In this document: in pieces, positions 47,901-53,697 of the stretch | Numbering within the stretch: the stretch's first letter is position 1 | How the letters are laid out: each line of letters begins with the position of its first letter | Origin: a virus | Lineage: Duplodnaviria; Caudoviricetes | DNA: 53,697 nt | Reading direction: 5' to 3' (one strand) | Virus record (IMG/VR): IMGVR_UViG_3300037125_000089 | Span: 1 to 53,697 of that record | Translations under genes and position numbers: made by a program | Notes under the pieces: model-generated | What the model was told of the DNA's origin: nothing | Databases searched by the model: none | What the model saw: the letters and a program-made list of their open reading frames with translations, nothing else

Positions 47901-50900
47901 CAGTTGCCGAAATGCTGGGAGGCATGCCTTCAGAAGAAGAAATTCAATTAGCAATGGAAGAAGACCCTGTTAAAAGACGTTTGCTTGAACTGGAAATTAA
48001 AAGAAGTCATTTATCAAATGATGTTGTTGCAGCGCGTGACGGTGTTCGTAGAGCCGAAAGAAAAATAGATTTTCTAAACATAAAAAAAAGAAGTTCTCAA
48101 CGTGAATTAAATGAAGATCAGAAGGAAAGAAATTCCATAGCTGAAAAGTTAAGAGATAAATCTGTTGATGACGATACGAAAAATAAATTACGTAAAAAAA
48201 GAAAAACTCTGGATTCTTTTATTTCTAAAAACAAACGATTTATTGATAATTATCCGAAAAGAAATAACTCTCTTGAGAAGCAGTTAGAACATGCTAAGAA
48301 AGTTCTTGAAGAAACTGAAAATGATATTACTTCTTTTATTGAAAAGTATATTCCAAATCAAAATGATATTTGGGGAGTGATTGAATTATCAGAGAGTGAA
48401 CTTAAGGAATTAGAGGCAACAGAACGGAGTCAGGATACCGTAGAAGATTTGGAGGAAGCAGAGAACAAAAAAAGAATCGTAAATGATGATAAATATTATG
48501 AAGCAAAACAAAATATAATAGATAAACATAATAGTCTAAGTTTTGGTTTTGATCCGACTTTGATTAAAGATTATCTGGTTATAGGCGCCTATCATGTTGA
48601 GAATCTGATTAGAAAAGGTGTTAAGCCGGAATCATTGAAAAGGTTATTTAGAGCTGAGATGTATAAGGATTTTGGCAAGAAAATCAGAAAGTTTGTTAAT
48701 AAGATTTGGCGAAGTTTATGGAAGGAGTTCGGAAAGCAGTTATTAACTATTGCAGAAAAAAATCCACTGTATAAAGGTTTTACTAAGTTAGCCGAGGGAC
48801 CGTTGTTTGATGATGAAGGGAATTTTATTGAAGATAAAAGTAAAAAGGAAAAAGATATAAGTGAGGCGGATAGGTCGGCCGGTAAATTATCAGAAAGGGA
48901 GAAGATTGAAAGGGCAATTTATTCCGGGGAAAAAGAAAGTAAGATTGATAAAATAATTGACAGATATAAAGAAAAATTAGTTTTCGGAAAAAATAAACGA
49001 GAAACACATTTTACTTCTACATTGATTAAGCAGCGTATCAAAGATTTACAGCGCGGTTATAAGTTAGGTGAAATTGATAAGGAACGCGAATTACAGAAAA
49101 TTAAACAAATGATTTCAACTTATGTTAGGAAGAATCTTCCTAATGATGAATATAAGAAAAGAGACATTACCAAAATCTTGACCAAAATTGTAAGAGCTAA
49201 AAATGCTAAAGGCGTAGAGGAAGCTTTTAATAAGATTGATGAGATAATTGATAATAAAAATGATGAAAATATTCGAAATAAATTTCTTGATTTGTTAAAA
49301 CAGCATAAGCCGACTACAAAAAGCGGTCGTGAAACCGGTACTATATTAACTGCAGATCATTATAAAACCCTTGATATGATTAGAGAGGTTATTCATCTTG
49401 ATTCGGATGAAGTACAGGAAAGAACTGAAAGAATATTGGAGTCTGTTTGTGATGGTATTGAATTAACCGAGGATCAGAACCGTGAAATGTTTGTACTGGG
49501 TAACTTCGGGGATTTTGAAAATTTAGGAGGACAGAGATTAAAAGAAGTATATGAAATTTTGCGTGATTTTATTGCTGAAGGAAAATTTGAATACTGGCAA
49601 CGGGAAACTTCAAGGATACAGGAAAATGAAAGGTTAAGAGATGAAGCTATTGATGCCATTTCCGGAGGTGAAGGTTTATTAACCCAAGAACAGGCAAGAG
49701 ATAAAGGGGTTGATACTGGTAAATTTTCAATCGATAAATATGATTCATATAATCAATCTTTTGAATGGCTGCTAGATAAGCTGCAGAAATTAGATAAAGA
49801 TTCCGGAACATTGGAGGGACCGTTAAATAAACAATTTGTCCCTAAAATATTAAATGCTAGGAATAATGAAAATAAAGGACTGCGTGATAATTATGAATTG
49901 TTCAAAAATAAATTAGAAGAAATTTATAACAAATACGGGAAAGAATTAGCTAATGAATTAAAAGATAATACCGAAAGGAAGAAAACGGGTATTATTATTA
50001 AACAAGGTTCGAAAGAAATAGAACTTGAGTTAAGTCAAAATGAAGCTTATAAAAAATATCTTGAAGCACAAGATCCTACGCAGTGGGAAACATTGGATAA
50101 AATGGGCTATACTTCAGATGTAATAAATCAAATAGAAAAGTGGCTGAAGCCGGAAGTTAAAAAATGGGCTGATTGGCAGATAGAAGAATTTTATCCGGAA
50201 TATTATCATTCGGTAAATGAAGTTTATAGAAATAGGTTTTATGCAGATTTGCCTTATAACCAATTTTACACACCTATTTTCAGAGATTTCCAGGGAGGGG
50301 AAGCAGATAATCAATTGCTAAAAGAAAAAAGCCACTATGCTACGGTGTTAAACGGACATTTAAAAACAAGAAGGGAGAATACTCTAACTTTAAAACTTGT
50401 TGACGGTGATTCGGTATTAGCACAGCATATAATTGAAATGGAGCATTTTAAGGCCTGGTCTGAAGTAATAAGACAGTTAAGGTCTGTGTTTGCCCATAAA
50501 GATGTAAGAAATACAATTAGGCAATATCATGGAAAAGCTAACCTTGATATACTAACTAAGTTTATTGATGATTTTGCGCGGGGCGGTGTTGACAGGTCCT
50601 TAACTTTGAATGTTCTCGATAAATTCAGGGCTAATTTTACCAAAGCAGTGTTAGGAGTAAATGTAACCGTATTCTTCAAACAGTTAACATCCATACCGGC
50701 CTACGCAATGGAAATTCCTGTTAAAAATTTTGTACAGGGTATAAGTGATTTTGTTAGGAACCCGGCAAAAGCAATAAGAATATTATCTAAATCCGAAATG
50801 CTAAAATCAAGATACAATGTAGGCTGGGAACGTGATGTAATTCTTGCAATGAAGCAATCAACATCAAAACAATTGGCAGGAACAAAATCAATAACCGATG

Positions 50901-51910
50901 CTTTGATGTTAACTACACGTGCGGGGGATAAAGCAGCAATATTAATAGGAGGCTGGGGAGTATACAAATATCATTATGATAAAGCGATAAAAGAAGGTAA
51001 AGGAGCAATAGAAGCAAGTAAAATTGCTATGGAGCAGTTTGAATTAACAACAAAACGAGCACAGCAAGCAGGTGATGTAGAGGATTTGGCCGATATACAG
51101 AGACAGGGAAGCTGGGCCAAATTATTTACAATGTTTATTACTGCACCAAACCAGTATTATAGAAGTGTATCGGGCGGTTTCAGAAATTTAATTCACGGTA
51201 GAGGAAATAAAGTTGAGAATATAAAAAGAATAGCCATTGCACATTTTATTCTTCCTGCTTTGTTCCAGTATGTTGCAAGCGGTTTTCCCGGGTTATTCAG
51301 TGAATGGGATGATAAAGATACTTTGAGACAATTTAGAGCTTTGGGATTAGGTTCCTTAAACGGGTTATTAATAGCAGGTGATTTATTAGAAGGATTGTTT
51401 GATGCTTTGATTGGTGATTATAATTATTCATTTGATGCTTTACCGATTCAATCTGCAGTGAAGTATTTAAGAACAGGTTTAGTAAAAATCCATAATTTGA
51501 TACGTGACGATACCTATACATTTGATGAATTCGTAAGTATTATAGATCAACTGCTATCCGGTATAAGTAAGTTTCACGGAGTACCTTACGACCCTGTAAA
51601 AAAGTTAGGTGAAGGATTAAAGAAAACAATCAAAGGAGAATCCGAAAGTATAATGGAATTATTCGGGTATTCCGATTATGCGCTTGGTGATGAAAAATTA
51701 AGTAAAGAATTGAGAGCAATTAGGAACCAGGAACGAATAGTTCGAAGGTTAAAAAAAATATTTAATAATTCCAATAGATATAATGATAAAAAGAAATATG
51801 AAAGTGAAAAGAAAAAACTTGATGATATGAGGAAGAAATCAAAAGATTATCAACAATTAAAAAAAGAAAGAACCGGAAGTTCAAAAATAACCCCGATTAT
51901 ATGGAATTAA
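38984..51910 (+). CDS. Giant polyvalent DarB-like internal virion protein (PBECR-like nuclease, N6-adenine methyltransferase, SNF2 helicase); start uncertain
   Basis: YTGEGGL, EPAAGSG, NVPF (44222); AHDVGGGKT (46106), DEAH (46565), TATP, QRNGRGVRYG; MuF-C/PBECR-like segment at about 42780-43230. Confidence 0.9.
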   Translation: MTSYLKRRKFKQIDFDKYFSQEIVDSSSSFDKSVDVMNAPPEDDFFLSTINNLHSKKKDDRQRIKLKDKEEKLFQEFWKSNPNVQAWKKNLGNLNKSPDDELDKYDYRKAWQAGDEPQINPVDNLYHWGSIGKDEDHPTAWKQKYFEQTGLNPDELLFNKNKNIKPPLFDTAIQETTKQPALLADDITEPRKPFQPSIQQHELNRIPEDDIVNNINLIDKQLPILKAQFEKADEINKSELAQKYNSLIDQRNKLVENYYKIFPGQKYLAKGVLEAVNLQNIISPLKQIQRTPKPLTANEEYIPKKSSLEIIPKGKDPLFGLEYKGLRIPLNTPGGRLISSFVQGAAAIPEGVFGAAEYLGDQFNFKDVKGVSRKTAKNINRWVRSIAPENPNFVEELASGAGSMAIFLPFGIGASTVGRLLGSTPKIANLFGVGAATFLESATEAGQVYNESKSEAAAEKTFLANMVLIGVTNKFGIFADRVPGLKKMLLSTPLEGLQEAGQEIIQAKAQGKEPDWNNVIKSAQIGTIIGGGASFVDTSTREKPIDDIRGKKIPIEFDPKLNEEINQRIEGFGLTPETGLNQYVLDLLSPKEAQIDITPDKLTDEVFGKQDKSEKVKVKSNEQKRKEVDVEDFVRKANRFQTEDIPGLTADFDLKNIHQPIGKTGESGTRKSEAEKILEKGKDVEYKKIPNMFTPAQGETIFNENGQWYRVYESGTSAEMYVPPEELDVKMKISPKEAYDSFNFMNKNLAKLDLFLSSKQNENIKEKEPKSYLEMPSYEDFLKMSVGDVQDFELNRYEEMQSKLQPIDERIKNEKENLNNYKGRSKVNQGKRKKIKSNINELNEQKSKIKDEYESKALNFSLELRERISEKAIEEKVDLPEDEIYQLVDDVLVALDPRYGKSDLTVDELISDTIADYKEKEDSRKKTDSSDKLKDRTIEKPSKQTFEESIPSQKTIIEQITDETNGRYEIDIVDGKYKAIDQASGNPVSIGGNVTDSDELIKILKAHAKRNPEANYGLKKVEESEDRSSSFDKSTAERKETDEEKPSDVEASEVINVDEIEPNESIDIDKLESEIAYNKGVVKELESKIKNQELRKTNADDFIKKEYENIKNRGILTDVDKISNRIFKKSKKQYPDKSKDYIKIFVIEQEIQNVKSRSKRGKLKKQLQELRSSSEKGDEGLTTTFTPAQYLSDVPTPNIIKEATAKLGGIDKLQEAFEKANNDELANLEKEKGTLLESFARHYLAEEAVKNIKIEEKGSVSDISKNFNKQLDEYVSGKLRSDVIFNLGKPSKVLKKTGVPNLEISLTQKVIKTKTGKHNYPVESLKDLPDRINDPIMVFPSKTQPNSKVVLTGIKYKNRNFVVALKLDETAYRGRKAIQVNDIKSIYPKDFEKIINWIKEGNVDYVNKKKGLKWFEDSAGSNYPQRQTIQNLISNIADKFEKSSGKDVGKKEGAQEKKDLQVTEKSLSLHNEEQSDETKSRNIKEDTDRGQELPHESSESGGISGTDNEGKQVDKGRKVDQKEVDKGLRKSESDIERSSSTSKLPTATKSVEGQSTVSRDAGDISEPSQKSMVSESTEPGDRDVGVRESSYAKASEDANYDLRNKEPIRLTKSQRRKINEKVREILQSKKAGELSDEDREILRQYTGEGGLSSGEGKGALNQHYTDYPVIKSIFDALDKSGFDYKNVLEPAAGSGNFVGMKPDKNWTTVDIDKTNHDVTKYLYPKGTHYNLSYEQFKDTGYDLVISNVPFSEERGAGKLNIRPDIKALHDFYFIHSLDRVKPNGLIVFITSKGTMDKVNQQIRNEILSKADFITAYRLPGGTFEKNAHTDVITDIIVLQKRPEGYETKNADKNYMFSQSDKVLFVDGGFVGSNDGVFVNMFYQNFPEKILGKPEMGKNKLYGGKLNLNVTGEPDLSKIKIEYEPYRLKEKEKGRKGEIEKYSRTEKIPDRMQEFESWASENGTKYRISSDPRFKENIAIKPNENSVYHRDYIQEFSDVELKAKAYIELPLNDKNRNKIIGLYNLKQVADEIQSNKKFGYKEKVESIIKEYRERFKVHPKNDKKLKNFFKEYNEESLFHELSSFFTKDWKPESVFTKQVRFEKSGELEINEKSTLAEKALFNENIHGVINLKSSKYLSENDLVSLLEQGYSIIEESKVQNDVLYYSGNVYKKIEEAEELKHNVNDEVLVEKLNQQIEELENIKPEIKTIEDIDIKGNESWFKNFINKVFPGWIENYSDKSDRILITSGYGKIYDNYLNNNQLVSLEEKDSQGNVRKLSENEIKARIVEAEEKVREIKEEIKDKIRSDHELLEQIQFEYNRKYKNYVKPDYTKASYLIDDVISELPKKTPNGQDFSLRKNQIDWVVKALYEGKGINAHDVGGGKTFAAITLARVLKKKGIAKKPVFVVPAKTIRKWERDIKFLFPNAKICNLGNLSKNKRKEKLYEVANNEFDYVLISHEGFGQIKLNADDELKYFNKVVDENITDPEKVGRSKELELEKIARFREIIKRSKRDENLTFDKLGFDSIVVDEAHAYKNIGINGDLVKFGAGIAFGVNVNTRKLRKSEVSKEESEGKYIITDSKGSKFVQNVNLKSARSYDFRFKSQFITEKNNGKNVFLLTATPTPNKPMEVFTMLRHLDTEILQEYGIHTDRDFANTFMKFGSVSNPVKKKGYDNIVKAITNAQELRAILDRYVDKLSMEQMPWIKLPEAKVKTHYMKASDAAKDIADDLRSRINNLKGSWKIDQGDDTMLGIYTTGRAGSIDPRLYESTHAGVQIFNRDIDTETDKIELAESQIYDTYKKNKNSGQIVFLDHAGHTSTHLDENIHSEIKKDLVKKGIIPKQIAIISGQEITNPQTGKERKLSGDRLNSAKQEIVDLYNQGEIRVIIGTTKSAGEGMDIQVKTTDIYHLDIPYTPGEFQQRNGRGVRYGNENDTVRIHYYFMRGTFDELSFNIVARKRGWNEAIWDKDAVNEIDTVAEMLGGMPSEEEIQLAMEEDPVKRRLLELEIKRSHLSNDVVAARDGVRRAERKIDFLNIKKRSSQRELNEDQKERNSIAEKLRDKSVDDDTKNKLRKKRKTLDSFISKNKRFIDNYPKRNNSLEKQLEHAKKVLEETENDITSFIEKYIPNQNDIWGVIELSESELKELEATERSQDTVEDLEEAENKKRIVNDDKYYEAKQNIIDKHNSLSFGFDPTLIKDYLVIGAYHVENLIRKGVKPESLKRLFRAEMYKDFGKKIRKFVNKIWRSLWKEFGKQLLTIAEKNPLYKGFTKLAEGPLFDDEGNFIEDKSKKEKDISEADRSAGKLSEREKIERAIYSGEKESKIDKIIDRYKEKLVFGKNKRETHFTSTLIKQRIKDLQRGYKLGEIDKERELQKIKQMISTYVRKNLPNDEYKKRDITKILTKIVRAKNAKGVEEAFNKIDEIIDNKNDENIRNKFLDLLKQHKPTTKSGRETGTILTADHYKTLDMIREVIHLDSDEVQERTERILESVCDGIELTEDQNREMFVLGNFGDFENLGGQRLKEVYEILRDFIAEGKFEYWQRETSRIQENERLRDEAIDAISGGEGLLTQEQARDKGVDTGKFSIDKYDSYNQSFEWLLDKLQKLDKDSGTLEGPLNKQFVPKILNARNNENKGLRDNYELFKNKLEEIYNKYGKELANELKDNTERKKTGIIIKQGSKEIELELSQNEAYKKYLEAQDPTQWETLDKMGYTSDVINQIEKWLKPEVKKWADWQIEEFYPEYYHSVNEVYRNRFYADLPYNQFYTPIFRDFQGGEADNQLLKEKSHYATVLNGHLKTRRENTLTLKLVDGDSVLAQHIIEMEHFKAWSEVIRQLRSVFAHKDVRNTIRQYHGKANLDILTKFIDDFARGGVDRSLTLNVLDKFRANFTKAVLGVNVTVFFKQLTSIPAYAMEIPVKNFVQGISDFVRNPAKAIRILSKSEMLKSRYNVGWERDVILAMKQSTSKQLAGTKSITDALMLTTRAGDKAAILIGGWGVYKYHYDKAIKEGKGAIEASKIAMEQFELTTKRAQQAGDVEDLADIQRQGSWAKLFTMFITAPNQYYRSVSGGFRNLIHGRGNKVENIKRIAIAHFILPALFQYVASGFPGLFSEWDDKDTLRQFRALGLGSLNGLLIAGDLLEGLFDALIGDYNYSFDALPIQSAVKYLRTGLVKIHNLIRDDTYTFDEFVSIIDQLLSGISKFHGVPYDPVKKLGEGLKKTIKGESESIMELFGYSDYALGDEKLSKELRAIRNQERIVRRLKKIFNNSNRYNDKKKYESEKKKLDDMRKKSKDYQQLKKERTGSSKITPIIWN
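43748..43773. repeat. REP-like palindrome inside the giant CDS (relatives at 42067-42094 and 39064-39082)
   Basis: tcctcc-tac-gcc-aa-ggc-ttc-ggagga. Confidence 0.7.
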
Positions 51911-51942
51911 TTGCATCAAGCAATTAAAAAAACTACTTTTCC
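51880..51942 (+). promoter_or_regulatory. Putative late promoter upstream of the lysis module
   Basis: TTCAAAAATAACCCC-N12-TTAATTG; TTGCAT-17 bp-TACTTT. Confidence 0.65.
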
Positions 51943-51965
51943 TAGTATATAAACAATCATTTTTT

Positions 51966-52349
51966 ATGTGTGAATTAACTCCTAAAGGTTATAAAATGAA
52001 GGACGGAACCATTATTGGATGGGATACAAACCTAGAGGATATTTCACAACATCATTTTCAAGAATTACAAGAAGCAGGTTTATGGGAATCATTTATAAAT
52101 AGGAGAAATTTTCATTCGATAAGAAATGAGATGAAGAATTTGTTTTCTTCTATACAAGACTCATTAACGGATATAAGAGATAACATGAATAAATTTTTAA
52201 CTGCTGATGAAATTGATTCAAAAATAGAAAAAGCGATTGATAAAGCACCCAGTGAACATATTAGCAAAATAGCAACATTAATTAAAAATTTAGCAATAAT
52301 TCTAGGCACTGTTAGCGGGTGGATATATGTTTTAATTCAAAATCAATAG
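51966..52349 (+). CDS. Coiled-coil protein with one C-terminal TM helix (holin-like)
   Basis: LAIILGTVSGWIYVLI at the C-terminus; lysis-region position. Confidence 0.6.
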   Translation: MCELTPKGYKMKDGTIIGWDTNLEDISQHHFQELQEAGLWESFINRRNFHSIRNEMKNLFSSIQDSLTDIRDNMNKFLTADEIDSKIEKAIDKAPSEHISKIATLIKNLAIILGTVSGWIYVLIQNQ

Positions 52350-52402
52350 ATAAATTATCTTTCTTTTAAAAGAAACACATCACAAATCAAAGGGCCAACA
52401 TT

Positions 52403-52531
52403 ATGATAAAAAAAATTTTTTTCCCATTTCTGATTATTCTATTCCTGTTTATCCTTTCTACAAATTTCAGTGCATCAATCAATGGGGGGAATGATGTACG
52501 AGGAAGACCGTTATTACTACTAAGGTCTTAA
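52403..52531 (+). CDS. 42-aa putative secreted peptide (not in the ORF track)
   Basis: MIKKIFFPFLIILFLFILSTNFSASINGGNDVRGRPLLLLRS; same CAAAGGGCCAA-N4-ATG context as the ASCH gene; motif shared with the protein at 14996. Confidence 0.75.
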   Translation: MIKKIFFPFLIILFLFILSTNFSASINGGNDVRGRPLLLLRS

Positions 52532-52575
52532 AAACGAAAAAAATAAATAAACGTTAATAACAAAAGGAGAATAGT

Positions 52576-52920
52576 ATGGACACCTTAACAAAGGTAAATG
52601 AAGTTTTAAAAGGTTCGATACAGGGCACAAATGAGCTTGGTGATTTAGTTGACTTTGTATATGAATCTTTTGAAGAACTACAAGACGGATTTCAAATCAC
52701 GGATGGCATAGATTTAATAAATGCTGTCATTAAAGCTGTAAGCGGTAGTAAAGAAGCGGCGGCGCAAGTTTTTGATTTACAAGATAGTGAAATAAACGAG
52801 CTTGTAGAAAGAAGTGATAATTTCACGTTAGGTGAGCTTGCCAATGAAGCACGCCAGATAGTGAAATTTATTTTAACAGGATTTCAAACCTATTCTGTAT
52901 TTGCCGGTAAACTTGGTTAA
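52576..52920 (+). CDS. Hypothetical acidic helical protein in the lysis module
   Basis: AGGAG RBS; DGFQITD motif. Confidence 0.75.
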   Translation: MDTLTKVNEVLKGSIQGTNELGDLVDFVYESFEELQDGFQITDGIDLINAVIKAVSGSKEAAAQVFDLQDSEINELVERSDNFTLGELANEARQIVKFILTGFQTYSVFAGKLG

Positions 52921-52923
52921 TAA

Positions 52924-53064
52924 ATGAAAAAAAAGAAGTGGTATAAAAGAAAAGAATTATGGGGCGCCGTGTTGACTACAGTCAGCACGGGGCTAACTAT
53001 GTTTAATCAACATACTACAGCATATAAAATTGGTATTATGCTGGGTGTAGGTTTATCGCCCTAA
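52924..53064 (+). CDS. Small holin-like membrane protein, 46 aa (not in the ORF track)
   Basis: MKKKKWYKRKELWGAVLTTVSTGLTMFNQHTTAYKIGIMLGVGLSP; KKWYK.K.LWG start typical of small holins; directly before the endolysin. Confidence 0.65.
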   Translation: MKKKKWYKRKELWGAVLTTVSTGLTMFNQHTTAYKIGIMLGVGLSP

Positions 53065-53082
53065 AAAAATAAATTTCACGAG

Positions 53083-53697
53083 GTGAAAATGTCAACAATC
53101 AATAGAGGGATAAGATTATCATTTCGGGAAATGTTTAGTCAACCATTCGGAATGATGATAATATTGATGAATAATCAATTGGCATTAAATATATATGCCT
53201 GTGCAGGACAGGAAAGTTCATTTTATACCGGTTGTGTAGGTGATAACGGTAAAAGTTACGGCCTATTCCAGTTTTATACTTCAGTGCACAAAGAAAAAGA
53301 TATTTCAAAATATATAAATAAATCAATCCGGTTTTTTAAATTAGAATTTTTGGAAAACTTGAACTATAGCGAATGGGTACATTCAGTTGGTTATAAAATG
53401 GTTTATCCAAAAATTGAAGCAGATGAAATAAATATTGATGTGCAAATTGCTGCGTGGCTGGGATATATGATCGAAGAAAATTATATTTCTGAATTAGCAA
53501 ATATCTCGGTGTTTACAGATATTGTAAATTATCAAAAAGCTCAAAGATTCCATCCAGATCATATTGATACTTACCAAAAAAATACAGAAAAATATTACAA
53601 TATTGCAAAAGAAAAGTACGATAAATACTATTCCGAGTTAAAAAAAGTTGAATCATATCTTATAAAACCTTTCAAAATGAAAAGTACCCTGCAATAA
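53083..53697 (+). CDS. Lysozyme-like transglycosylase (probable endolysin)
   Basis: QESSF....VGDNGKSYGLFQF (catalytic ES plus GLFQ motif). Confidence 0.8.
   Translation: MKMSTINRGIRLSFREMFSQPFGMMIILMNNQLALNIYACAGQESSFYTGCVGDNGKSYGLFQFYTSVHKEKDISKYINKSIRFFKLEFLENLNYSEWVHSVGYKMVYPKIEADEINIDVQIAAWLGYMIEENYISELANISVFTDIVNYQKAQRFHPDHIDTYQKNTEKYYNIAKEKYDKYYSELKKVESYLIKPFKMKSTLQ

Larger units (their letters stand above)
1..53697 (+). mobile_element. Partial tailed phage/prophage genome with podovirus-like organisation
   Basis: Co-oriented replication, methylase, terminase, portal, capsid, ejection-protein and lysis genes. No host housekeeping genes. No integrase or att site visible in the window. 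Confidence 0.95.

Noticed and set aside
1-53697. Stop-codon reassignment
   Set aside because: Long genes are intact under code 11, and TAA, TAG and TGA all occur as real stops with tight gene packing.

Overview
The window is most of an AT-rich tailed-phage or prophage genome with every convincing gene on the + strand. It starts at the ATG of a replication initiator and ends at the stop of an endolysin, and it contains no integrase or repressor. The gene order is: (1) lambda-O-like initiator with internal iterons; (2) about 18 kb of small accessory genes, including ASCH, DUF5131, a C39-like peptidase, two m6A methyltransferases, an m5C methyltransferase, a PAPS-reductase-like protein and a Mor-like activator; (3) a podovirus-type virion module (terS, terL, portal, scaffold, capsid, adaptors, nozzle, ejection proteins, no tape measure); (4) a 4308-aa DarB-like polyvalent protein; (5) lysis genes. 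Signal peptides cleaved before Gln suggest an FCB-group host, which is an inference. The most unusual observations are: an unannotated 42-aa signal-peptide ORF in the lysis module that shares the motif NFS..S[IV].GGNDV.GRPLL with the N-terminus of a secreted protein encoded 37 kb away; Sec-type signal peptides on genes inside the virion module, one of them in front of a tail-fibre anchor motif; a run of attC-like half-sites marking gene-fusion junctions at 16.0-18.5 kb; an m5C methyltransferase with motif I placed after motifs II-III; a shared late-promoter motif; CAAGTT repeats after stop codons; REP-like hairpins inside the giant gene; and patchy CCGG enrichment. All family assignments come from motif recognition by eye, without database searches.
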